A DNA stretch of 43,726 nucleotides, taken from positions 1-43,726 of the forward strand of contig CALCQG010000102.1 of the NCBI GenBank assembly GCA_937897575.1. The letters are read 5' to 3'. The position numbers and the translations under genes were made by a program. This document shows positions 19,468 to 28,031 of this stretch, in pieces; position 1 is the stretch's first letter, and every line of letters begins with the position of its first letter. A model generated the notes under the pieces. It ran no database searches, was not told the origin of the DNA, and was given only the letters and a program-made list of their open reading frames with translations. The stretch comes from an uncultured Synergistales bacterium. Its GTDB lineage: Bacteria > Synergistota > Synergistia > Synergistales > Aminobacteriaceae.

Positions 19468-20820
19468 TTATTCTCCCTGCATGCGCTCCAGAAGCAGCTC
19501 CGCCGTCTCGCCCCGTCTCAGATCGTCCGGGAACCCCGCGAGTTTCACCGCGATGTCGAGCACGGTGCCGTCGGGCTGACGAGTGAACTCCCGGAGGTCC
19601 CGTATCCTCGATGCAACGATGCCGGCGCCTGTCTTCGGTGTTTTCGGAAGCAGCAGGACAAGGTTATGTCTCGAGGTCCTGGTGCTGATGTCCGTGGACC
19701 GGATCAGCTCCTTCAGCCGTTTCGCGAGAGCGTCGAAAAGTTGCAGGCTCTTGTGGCGTCCCATGGTGGCGCTGAGCTCGTCGAGGTTGGGAAAGGAGAC
19801 CACGAGCAGACCGAACGGGTCCACGGGCGGGCGCTGGGCCAGTCGAAGCATCCAGTCGAGGATATAGTTGAAGGGCTCGGGCTTCATGTAGTTCAGCGTG
19901 TCGAGGAGCATGTACATCTCCTCGGTGACGCCGCTTCGCACCGCCATAAATCCTTTGTCGGAAAGAGCGTACTCCCTGAACGACCGGGGCACGAGCTCCT
20001 CCGGCGTGCTGCGCTTTCCGCAGAGAAGGCAGTAACAGGCTATCTTCGGCTCGTTGAAGGTGTGGGAGCAATCCCTGCACTCGTAATTCTCCAGCGGGCG
20101 ATCGTAGTCCGACCCGATGTGGCGCAGTTTCGTATGGCAGAAGGGGCACTGCAGCCCCGAGTCGGTGAGGAACTTCTCCTGGGGCGCCACTCTCCCGCAG
20201 GTGAAGCAGTGAATGAATGGGACCTGGTGAATATCGATGCTGTCACAGGAGGGGCAGGTCTCCACATAATTGATGTGGGCACCGTCGCACTTGGGACATC
20301 TCCGAATCCTGTCCACGAGAACCCCTTCAGTGAGGTATCCTTTTTCGAAAAGATCCTGGATCCATCGGTCGCTGTCCAGCTCCTGCATCGAGAGCGCCTC
20401 GGCAAGAGGGTAGGAATACAGCCCGGGAGAGTATGGATCGAGATGGGGTCGCAGCGTTTTGTTCTTCCTCGAAAAGAGAAAGGCGAGCAGCCGGAAATCC
20501 AGGTTCCGACGGATCAGATTCTGGTCAATTTCCCCGAGGCGCTCCAGAATGCTCTCGGCCGTCTGCTCCATCTCCGATTCGGAGGATGAGGGTGCGTCGA
20601 CCAGTTCGATCTCGCCGGCCGCAGGTTCGCCGTCCAGAAAGAGAGGCAGGAGCGCTGTATCGTTTCTCCCTCTGATGGCTTCTATTCTCTCGGCGCGCTT
20701 CTTCCCCGCGGATAGGATGAAGCCTGCGGGAAGAGGCTCTCCCTCGGCGGGAAGCACGCTGTCATCGTCGAGACGGAGGAGCCGGATCGCGGCGCGGGCG
20801 TTTAGTTCTTCTCCATGCAT
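19468..20820 (-). CDS. Multi-zinc-ribbon (TackOD1-like) protein with C-terminal degenerate GGDEF domain
   Basis: Six CxxC (CPKC, CPSC, CFTC, CPFC, CRDC, CLLC); C-terminal IRSTDISTRTSRHNLVLLLP aligns to RxxD-xxxR-xGGDEF-xxLLP; SD GGGAGG. Confidence 0.8.
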   Translation of the reverse strand: MHGEELNARAAIRLLRLDDDSVLPAEGEPLPAGFILSAGKKRAERIEAIRGRNDTALLPLFLDGEPAAGEIELVDAPSSSESEMEQTAESILERLGEIDQNLIRRNLDFRLLAFLFSRKNKTLRPHLDPYSPGLYSYPLAEALSMQELDSDRWIQDLFEKGYLTEGVLVDRIRRCPKCDGAHINYVETCPSCDSIDIHQVPFIHCFTCGRVAPQEKFLTDSGLQCPFCHTKLRHIGSDYDRPLENYECRDCSHTFNEPKIACYCLLCGKRSTPEELVPRSFREYALSDKGFMAVRSGVTEEMYMLLDTLNYMKPEPFNYILDWMLRLAQRPPVDPFGLLVVSFPNLDELSATMGRHKSLQLFDALAKRLKELIRSTDISTRTSRHNLVLLLPKTPKTGAGIVASRIRDLREFTRQPDGTVLDIAVKLAGFPDDLRRGETAELLLERMQGE

Positions 20821-20836
20821 GGTGGACCTCCCTTTC

Positions 20837-21958
20837 CTATTCGTGCTCGAACAAGGAGAGACTCTGACGGATGGAGAAGCCGAAATGAACCGACAGAGGC
20901 AACCCCTCCACGCGGAGGGCATCGGGCAACGGTTCGTCGAAGGCGACTTTGACGAGCAGCATCTGTTTGCCTTCGTCGAGGACGCCGGACAGCTCCGCCG
21001 GAATGCGCACCGCGAGCTCGGGCGCGGAGCTCACCCTCCCCTCCATGGAGGAACCATCAGAGAAACGGACTGTGACCGGCTTCCCTGGCTGCGCATACCC
21101 CAGGTGTCTGGGCTGAAGATACGCCACGACCTGGACGGACTGCGGGCGCCCCAGGAGGACGAGCGGCGCACCGGAAGGAAGGATCTCGCCCTCGGACGGG
21201 AAGATATCCAGCACACGCGCGTTCTCAGGGCTTCGGATCGTGAGCTGGATGCTCCGGGTATCCAACAGCTTCAATTCGGCTTCGATCTGATGGATCCGGT
21301 TCTTTCTCTGGGCCTCCGATTCCAGCTCGTAGTAGGAGGGCCCCTGGGCCACAGGCTGAGGGACGGGCGACGCCGATTCCCTGAGGCTCACCAGAGTGAG
21401 TTCGGCCTGCCGATGCCGGTCCTCGGCCTCGTTGAGTTCCGCGCGGGTCGCGGCCCCCTGTTTAAAGAGGGACCGCACGGTCTCCCGATAGGCCCTCTGG
21501 TACTCCGTGTTCTGCTGTGCAAGGCGAAGCCGGTCCTTCGACACGGAGGCAACCGGAGCGGGTGCCTGAGGCGTCTGGGCGGCGGGAACCCCTTCCCGAA
21601 GCCCCTCCATCTCCGCCGAGAGAAGGATCTTTCGCTGCTCCAGCGCCGGATCATCGAGCCGGAGCAGGATATCGCCCGATACCACCGATGCGCCGAGCTG
21701 CACCTCGATGCGGGCGACCGTCGCGGGGAGCGGGGCGTTCACGCTGACCTTTTCGAGGGAGATGACGCCCGGGGCGGTCACGAAGAAGACAGCCGATGCG
21801 ACCCTCCAGATGAGGAACAGCAAGGGCGTCGAAAGGAGCAGGACCAGAAGACGCCACTTCCACTTCGGGATCGCTCGTTTCGCCGGAGCGTACGGAATCT
21901 TCATGCCCCCTTCGCGATCGGGGTTTTCTTGTTGGGATGGGGAAAAATTGACTTTCAT
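20837..21958 (-). CDS. HlyD-like membrane fusion (periplasmic adaptor) protein
   Basis: N-terminal TM; lipoyl halves VNAPLPATVARIEVQLGASVVSGDILLRL and IRSPENARVLDIFPSEGE around a helical hairpin containing GAATRAELNEAE; ATGA overlap with the upstream gene. Confidence 0.85.
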   Translation of the reverse strand: MKVNFSPSQQENPDREGGMKIPYAPAKRAIPKWKWRLLVLLLSTPLLFLIWRVASAVFFVTAPGVISLEKVSVNAPLPATVARIEVQLGASVVSGDILLRLDDPALEQRKILLSAEMEGLREGVPAAQTPQAPAPVASVSKDRLRLAQQNTEYQRAYRETVRSLFKQGAATRAELNEAEDRHRQAELTLVSLRESASPVPQPVAQGPSYYELESEAQRKNRIHQIEAELKLLDTRSIQLTIRSPENARVLDIFPSEGEILPSGAPLVLLGRPQSVQVVAYLQPRHLGYAQPGKPVTVRFSDGSSMEGRVSSAPELAVRIPAELSGVLDEGKQMLLVKVAFDEPLPDALRVEGLPLSVHFGFSIRQSLSLFEHE

Positions 21959-24126
21959 CGGGCCATCTCCCTGTAATCCTCCCAGGCCTGGACGACAACG
22001 CCCGAAAAGACCGGCGAGGAAAGTTGGTGTTGGATCGTTTGTATGATGTCACGCACGCGGCGCGTCCCGCGGGAGAAGAAACTCTCCGAGGGCGGCAGCG
22101 TTTTTTCCACTGAGATCGCGAGGGAGAGGTGCAGAGCGGGCCACTGTCTCCCGATGGCCTTCATCCTCCGAATGACGGCCTCGACATTCGTCGAGTACAC
22201 CATGACCGTCACCTCGCTGACCTTTGCTCGGGCGAACCCCTTGGCCGCAATAGGTCCGAGCTCGCCTTCGAGGTAGCGGGGGTGGACGGAGAGCCCCAGC
22301 GGCCACGGAGCGATCGCCGATACGGCCTGTACCGTGTCGATGAGGCTCTCCAGAAGCTCCTTCCTTCGGGTTGCCGATCCGGCTAATTGGTCCGGCTCGA
22401 GGTCGAGATGAAGGCCGGAAAAATTCAGGGATTTGAGGTCGGAGACGAGGAGGAGAAGCTCCTTTCGATGCTCGGCGAGAATCCACGAGGGGTCCCCGAG
22501 GAGCAGCTCCACAGACAGCCCGCTCGCCTTTGCCGCGGAGAGCGTTTTATCGAGTCGCTCCCTGACGGCCGTGTCTCTCAGTCTCGCTATGCCCTTGCCG
22601 GTGAATGAGACCAGCGCTCTGGAAAAACCGGCGTCCCGAACCGTTCGAAGGGTGCGATCGGCCCCGTCGGAAAGAAGCGTGTCGCCGCTCCAGAGATAGA
22701 GGCCTGGCCGGATGTCCCGGGCAGTGCTGCCCGCTGGCCCGCCAGTGTCTTTATCCAGAGCGATCCACGAGGGAGACAGTGCTTCGCCGTCCTCCGGGAA
22801 CGACGAGGATATGAGCCGGTCCGCCGTTTCATAGCCTGTCCGAAGCATCGGGATGGCTCCCAAAAGTTCAGCGTGGGTCTGGAGAATCATTCCTTCGCTC
22901 TCGATGAGGTCCATGGACGCGGAGAAGTAGTTGAAAATATCGCGAAAGAGCTGTTCGAGAGTATCACCAGGGAGGGATGCATGTCGGAGACGCCCCTCCC
23001 GAACGCCCTCGGCCGCCGATCTCAGACGGACGAAGGAGAACTCCCTCTGGGATATTCCGTAGTCGTAGCGCGCGAGGCCCTCCGTTATATCCGAGAGAAG
23101 ATCCCTTTGCCGAATCTCCCTCTCCTGACGGCTCCGCTCGATGCTGGCGCGCGACGCTCTGCCCGCGGCGGCGGCCGCTTTCGCTTCCCCCCATGGAACG
23201 TCAAAACCGAGGGTTATGAATACGTTCGAACCGTCACCGCCGGGAAACTCCCTGTAGAATCCCACCCCCGCCCTGAGAAAGGCTTCGTACTGCGATCTCG
23301 GAGCATGGCGGGCGATCTCCTCCTTCTTGTCGATCGTCCGATCGAGGAAGGACAGTTCGTCACCAGCCTCTTCGCGGACGTATCGAGAGAGCAGCTCGTT
23401 GGAATAGGCGACGTCGGGAAGATGCGGAGTCTCCGTCGTGAACCTTTGCAGGCTGCCCCGCCCCGTGGCCTTTCGGACGACGCGCATGGCCTCCTCGGAC
23501 GTAAGGGCCGACGAGGACAACGTACGCCGCGCATAGGAGAACCAGCTCTCCATCTCGAGGCGGTCACGTTCGAGCAGAAATCCGCTTTTCGTTCTCGCTT
23601 CGAGCAGGGGAAGAAGCTGCGGCTCGAGGCGGAGAAAGCGTTCGAGAAAGGCCTGTTTCCGCTGGTTTGTCCAGAGGAGGATATAGGCCTTCCTGAGTGC
23701 GATGAGATTGGCCTTCTTGAGCACGGAGAGCCGCCTCTGTTCTTCCAGAGTACGAACAGCCGCTTCGAGCTCCTTGATGCGCTCCTTCCTCCACGTCCCG
23801 AACAGCGGGATCTGAATCCCCGCCTGAAGGGAGAGTTCGGAGTACCACTCATCGTCCGTGTCGTTTCTGTGTACGAGCGGCTCCCTGTTCCCCGAAAGAG
23901 AGACGTTGGCGAACCACCTGGGGCCGTTTTCCGCCCTCTGGCGCTCTTCGAGAGCGGTGCTCTCCGCCACGGAAGCGGCAGCCTCCAGCACTTCCGGAGA
24001 GCAGGTCACCTCCTGCTCCAATACGGCAAGAGGGATAACGTCCGCTGCGCAAACCGAGACCGCGAAAACTGCCAGCAGCGCCATGCATACGACCATCACC
24101 GGAAGGATCGCCCCGGCTCGTTTCAT
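21955..24126 (-). CDS. TolC-like outer membrane factor fused to a C-terminal glycoside-hydrolase-like TIM barrel
   Basis: Signal peptide; OEP-like segments (SPEVLEAAA, LQAGIQIPLFG, LRKAYILL, FITLGFDVPW); after a linker, LYLWSGD...VELLLGDPSW...FSGLHLDLEP...VTVMVY...GVVVQAW. Confidence 0.75.
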   Translation of the reverse strand: MKRAGAILPVMVVCMALLAVFAVSVCAADVIPLAVLEQEVTCSPEVLEAAASVAESTALEERQRAENGPRWFANVSLSGNREPLVHRNDTDDEWYSELSLQAGIQIPLFGTWRKERIKELEAAVRTLEEQRRLSVLKKANLIALRKAYILLWTNQRKQAFLERFLRLEPQLLPLLEARTKSGFLLERDRLEMESWFSYARRTLSSSALTSEEAMRVVRKATGRGSLQRFTTETPHLPDVAYSNELLSRYVREEAGDELSFLDRTIDKKEEIARHAPRSQYEAFLRAGVGFYREFPGGDGSNVFITLGFDVPWGEAKAAAAAGRASRASIERSRQEREIRQRDLLSDITEGLARYDYGISQREFSFVRLRSAAEGVREGRLRHASLPGDTLEQLFRDIFNYFSASMDLIESEGMILQTHAELLGAIPMLRTGYETADRLISSSFPEDGEALSPSWIALDKDTGGPAGSTARDIRPGLYLWSGDTLLSDGADRTLRTVRDAGFSRALVSFTGKGIARLRDTAVRERLDKTLSAAKASGLSVELLLGDPSWILAEHRKELLLLVSDLKSLNFSGLHLDLEPDQLAGSATRRKELLESLIDTVQAVSAIAPWPLGLSVHPRYLEGELGPIAAKGFARAKVSEVTVMVYSTNVEAVIRRMKAIGRQWPALHLSLAISVEKTLPPSESFFSRGTRRVRDIIQTIQHQLSSPVFSGVVVQAWEDYREMAR

Positions 24127-24721
24127 TGCTCATCGTCCTTTCTCACAGCGCGCGAATCCGATAGGCATGACGTGAAAATATCTGCTTTCAGAAAATGAGA
24201 CGAGTTCATATTATAGTCAGGAAAGAGAAAAACACCAGAGGAGAGAAGCTGAATTCTTCCGACGACCTGTCGGTGTTCAGTATATGGGCGCGAGTAGACG
24301 AAAAGAGGCGTAGTGCCCTGATTTGAGGAAGGGTTGGCGCGGACCCTGCGCGCCGCGACAGAACGGAGAGAGCGCGCCCTACCGGAAGGGCGAGAAGGTG
24401 CTTCTGAAGAGAGAGGGTTTCCATGCATCGGAGGACTTTTCACGGCAGCTGAGAGCGCACAAAGATTGTATAACACCTGGCCCTTGAGACTTTTGGCGGG
24501 GGCTCCCGGAGAGACGCCCGGTAACCGCTGCAAATCCCATGGAACAGATGCCGGACAAACCAATATCATAGCCCGCCTGCTGCATCGATGGGTCATCAGA
24601 GTAGTCCGACCACCTGCACTGCCCGACCTCCAGACGGAGGTGCGGGAAACGCACAATGCTTGTTCCACCTTATGCCTTCGTCTTTTTTACTTTTGTCCCC
24701 TGCTTGCCCTGCCCGCGGCGG

Positions 24722-25717
24722 TCAACCGTCCTCCCTCGCGAGGTCGGCGAGCCCCTCCTCCAGAGATACTCGAGGCACAAAACCAAGGACTCTCTCCGCT
24801 TTCGAGATGTCCGCAGCGCTATGGAGGACATCCCCAAGTCTTTTCGGAGCAAAGAGAGGGTTTGTCTCTTCGCCGCGCTGTCCTGTGACGGAACGTATCA
24901 CATCATACAGATCGAGCAGACCAACGGGGGATCCCGATGAAATGTTGAACACCTGTCCGAAGGCGTCCTTGCGCTCCGTCGTGCCGGCGAGAATATTCGC
25001 CTCCACCACGTTGCGAACGTGGCAGAAACCTCTGGTGTTCGAGCCGTCGCCGTACACGGTCCCCGGGCGTCCTTTTTTGAGGGAGTTCATCCACGCCGCC
25101 ACGACCGCCGCATAGGCCCCCTTGGGGTCCTGCCTCGGGCCGAAGATGTTGAAATAACGAAGGCCGACCGTCGGAACTCCGTAGGACTGCCAGTACAGGG
25201 CACCCCATAATTCGTTGTCCCGCTTCGACAGTCCGTAGGGGGAGATGGGAGCCACCGGGGATTCCTCCGTCTTCGGCAACCCCGGAAGGTCGCCGTATAC
25301 GGCGCTGGATGAGGCGTACACCACACGGCTTCCCTCGGCCCTGGCGGCATCGAGAATATTGATGAACCCTTTGGAGTTCACATCAAAGGTGAGCGTGGGG
25401 TGTTCCACCGAAAACGGGACCGAGACGACCGCCGCATGATGCAGGACCGCAGATGCCCCCCTGCATGCTTTTCTGCATACCTCCGGGGATTGAATGTCGC
25501 CTTCGACGAAGGTGAACCGTCTTTGCTGCTCCGGCCGGATCTTTGCCAGGACCTTTTCGAGGTTCTCCCTGTGTCCTGTCGAGAAGTTATCCACTCCGAC
25601 GACATCCTGGTCGAGGGACAACAACCCCTCGACGAGATTCGACCCGATAAAGCCGGCGGCTCCTGTCACTGTCCATCTGGTTTGTTTCAGGGAGACACTC
25701 CGATCAAAAGACCCCAT
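24722..25717 (-). CDS. Extended-SDR NAD-dependent epimerase, WbpP/TviC-like (probable UDP-GlcNAc C4-epimerase)
   Basis: TGAAGFIGSNL, DNFSTG, YASSSAVYGD, SPYGLSK (YxxxK), LRYFNIFGPRQDPKGAYAAV; SD GAGGAGG. Confidence 0.85.
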   Translation of the reverse strand: MGSFDRSVSLKQTRWTVTGAAGFIGSNLVEGLLSLDQDVVGVDNFSTGHRENLEKVLAKIRPEQQRRFTFVEGDIQSPEVCRKACRGASAVLHHAAVVSVPFSVEHPTLTFDVNSKGFINILDAARAEGSRVVYASSSAVYGDLPGLPKTEESPVAPISPYGLSKRDNELWGALYWQSYGVPTVGLRYFNIFGPRQDPKGAYAAVVAAWMNSLKKGRPGTVYGDGSNTRGFCHVRNVVEANILAGTTERKDAFGQVFNISSGSPVGLLDLYDVIRSVTGQRGEETNPLFAPKRLGDVLHSAADISKAERVLGFVPRVSLEEGLADLAREDG

Positions 25718-25782
25718 ACCCTGACCTCCTCATTCGCCACGGGGTGACATCCCCGTTCTTGTACAAGCGTACCACGCGCTTT

Positions 25783-27153
25783 TCACGGTGCGGTTTTCTT
25801 CAGTCGTTCTTCGGCGTCGCTCCCCTTCACCAAGGGGTTCTTCGCCGCGAGCGCGGCGGCCGATTCTCCCGCCCCGTTCTTCGCCTTCGGGTCGGCCCCG
25901 GCCTCCAGCAGCGCAAGAACCGATGACGCCGTCCCCAATTCCGCCGCAGCCAGAAGAGGTGTGTTGCCCCTCTTGTCCTTCGCCTCGACGTCGGCCTCCC
26001 TGTCCAGCAGGGAGGCGATGAGGACCGCCCCGCCGTCGCTCCGGGCCGCCGCGTGGTGCAGCGCCGTCTGCCCCGACGCATCCCGGGTGTTCACGTCGGC
26101 CTTTGCCTTGGCAAGATCCCGGACGGTCCATGGATTCCTGCGCACCCTCGCGGCCTTCATGAGCGCCGTCTCGCCCGCCTTGTCCTGCAGGTTCACGTCG
26201 GCGCCCGAGTCGAAGAGCCTGCGGACGACGTCGTTGTTTTCATTATAGGCCACGGCGAGCATCAGGGCCGTCCGGCCCTCGCCGTCCTTCCCGTCCAGCG
26301 CGGCCCCGGCGTTGACGAGAAGGGAGATGACGTCCGGGTTCGGGTTGAAACGGGCGGCCACCATGAGGGGGCCGCCCGCCTGCGGCAGGGAACCGTTCAC
26401 GGGCAGGCCCTTTTCAAGAAAGAGGGCCGCCACGTCGAGGCTCGGGTTATGCTGCAGGGCAAGGGCGAAGGCCGCCGCCCACCCGTCCTTGTCCTCCTCC
26501 ATGAAGAGCGCCACCACCTCGGGATTCGGATTGCCGCGGGCGGCCAGCATCAGAGGCGTCTCGCCCGCCTTGTTCTTGCCACGGCCCTCTCCCAGTGCCA
26601 GCAGAAGGCGTGCTCCGTCGCCCACGGGGTTTCGGGCGGCGTACAGGAGCGCGCTGTTGCCCGACGCGTCGTGCGCTCCGGGGTCCGCTCCGCCGTCGAG
26701 GAGGACCTCCAGCACGCGGCTGTCACCGTTATACGCCGCGGCGTACATGAGCGGCGTGGCACCCGAGGTGTCCCGCCCGTTCGGGTCCGATCCTCCATCG
26801 ATGAGGGCCGCAGCGATGTCGGCGTTGAAGTTCCGGGCCGCCGCCATCATGAGCGCCGTTCGGCCATCGGGCAGGGCCAGGGCGGCGTCGGCCCCCCACT
26901 CCAGGAGGGTCGAGACGACGGTGGGGTCCACGGAGGAAAGAGCGGCGATCATCAGAGGAGTCCGCCCCGAATCGTCCCGTGCCTGCACATCGCCTCCGGC
27001 CCTGAGGGCGGCGAGGACCTCGTCGGCGGTCCCTCCGGCGCAGGCCCGGTGCAGCGCCCCGCCTCCGGGAGACAGGGCCGTACCCGTCGCCGGAAGAAGC
27101 GCCATGAGCACCGCCACCCCGATTCCCAACATATTTTTGCGTCTCCATCCCAT
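25783..27153 (-). CDS. Secreted ankyrin-repeat protein
   Basis: SD AAGGAGG; MGWRRKNMLGIGVAVLMALLPATGTA signal peptide; about 12 repeats such as GRTPLMIAA, GATPLMYAA, GETALMKAA. Confidence 0.9.
   Translation of the reverse strand: MGWRRKNMLGIGVAVLMALLPATGTALSPGGGALHRACAGGTADEVLAALRAGGDVQARDDSGRTPLMIAALSSVDPTVVSTLLEWGADAALALPDGRTALMMAAARNFNADIAAALIDGGSDPNGRDTSGATPLMYAAAYNGDSRVLEVLLDGGADPGAHDASGNSALLYAARNPVGDGARLLLALGEGRGKNKAGETPLMLAARGNPNPEVVALFMEEDKDGWAAAFALALQHNPSLDVAALFLEKGLPVNGSLPQAGGPLMVAARFNPNPDVISLLVNAGAALDGKDGEGRTALMLAVAYNENNDVVRRLFDSGADVNLQDKAGETALMKAARVRRNPWTVRDLAKAKADVNTRDASGQTALHHAAARSDGGAVLIASLLDREADVEAKDKRGNTPLLAAAELGTASSVLALLEAGADPKAKNGAGESAAALAAKNPLVKGSDAEERLKKTAP
25821..25905. 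repeat. 85-bp direct repeat, copy 2 (inside the ankyrin gene 3' end)
   Basis: 83/85 identical to 17876-17960. Confidence 0.95.
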
Positions 27154-27343
27154 GACAACGCCTCCTTGGTGGCCTCGGACAGCACGGCACAACGATGAAC
27201 CGACAGGAGAAACAGGACACCTCTCACGCCGCAGAAACGGGAGGACATAGCCAAAATGCCCTCCCGTCCCTATCTGGACCGCGCCCACCCGGGAGCACGG
27301 GTTTATCGCTGTCGCTCGTTCTCAGGCCTCCGGTCCGTCGTTT

Positions 27344-27634
27344 TTAATCGTCATCATCGTCGTCGTCATCCCTCTCGACGGAGAGAATCTTGCCCGAGAC
27401 GGGGTGCACCTTGAGCTCCACCTCCCGGCCGTTCCGGTAGGCTTCGATCTCCCACCGTCCATCGTCGAACTCCACGTCCACCACCGGGTGGTACCCCCTG
27501 TTCTCAACGATCCGTATGATCTCGGACAGTTTCTTGGCGTTCCTCGGGAGCCTGTCGTCGTCCGCCAGGCCAAGGGCCGGAGCAAACAGGGCAAAGCCCA
27601 CAATACACGCAAATATCGCCCAGAATTTCTTCAT
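27344..27634 (-). CDS. Small secreted PepSY-domain protein
   Basis: Signal peptide; GYHPVVDVEFDDGRWEIEAY..GREVELKVHPVSGKIL; poly-Asp tail. Confidence 0.85.
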   Translation of the reverse strand: MKKFWAIFACIVGFALFAPALGLADDDRLPRNAKKLSEIIRIVENRGYHPVVDVEFDDGRWEIEAYRNGREVELKVHPVSGKILSVERDDDDDDDD

Positions 27635-27850
27635 GAGGACTCCTCCTTCGCACGCCCGCGTCCAGCACGGGGTATTCGTTCCTCCCTATGTACCATAAAA
27701 GAGGTGCCCGTCAAGGGCATTTCCCGTAACACGCCGCGCGAAAGCGGAGGGTATCCTCCCTGCTTTCATGCGACAGACCATGGCACAGCACGGTAAGGCC
27801 ACTTCATGCTTCGCAGGGGCCACGGCCTACAAAAAATTTTGTGTACTGTC

Positions 27851-27879
27851 TTGACAAAAACGCTCCCTTCGTTCACAAT
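27851..27879 (+). promoter_or_regulatory. Sigma70 promoter of the leu operon
   Basis: TTGACA-17 bp-CACAAT upstream of the leader peptide. Confidence 0.75.
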
Positions 27880-27920
27880 GGGCAAAATTTCATCAAGTCG
27901 AGGAGGGAGGAAGGGAGAAT

Positions 27921-28010
27921 ATGAACGCGACAGTCCGCTGTTTCTGCGCCATGACCATTTCCCTGCTCCTCCTCGGTTGCCGGTTCCCCCCTGGAACGCC
28001 GGCAGCTTGA
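27921..28010 (+). CDS. leuL: leu operon leader peptide (29 aa, four consecutive Leu)
   Basis: Purine-rich SD (GGAGG/AAGGGAG); MNATVRCFCAMTISLLLLGCRFPPGTPAA*; Leu codons CTG CTC CTC CTC at 27963-27974; too short for the ORF track. Confidence 0.85.
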   Translation: MNATVRCFCAMTISLLLLGCRFPPGTPAA

Positions 28011-28031
28011 TGGCTGCACACGGCATTCCCG

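Larger units (their letters stand above)
17850..25905. mobile_element. Putative genomic island (~7.9 kb cargo) integrated in the 3' end of an ankyrin gene; no integrase inside
   Basis: Flanking 85-bp direct repeats; cargo genes look less GC-rich at third codon positions than the flanks (visual impression, not computed). Confidence 0.65.

Noticed and set aside
19468..20820. Active diguanylate cyclase
   Set aside because: The GG(D/E)EF motif is replaced by SRHNL.
24123..24888. ORFs of 181 and 184 aa in the spacer before the TolC-like gene
   Set aside because: No SD, atypical composition, no motifs, and they overlap each other on opposite strands.
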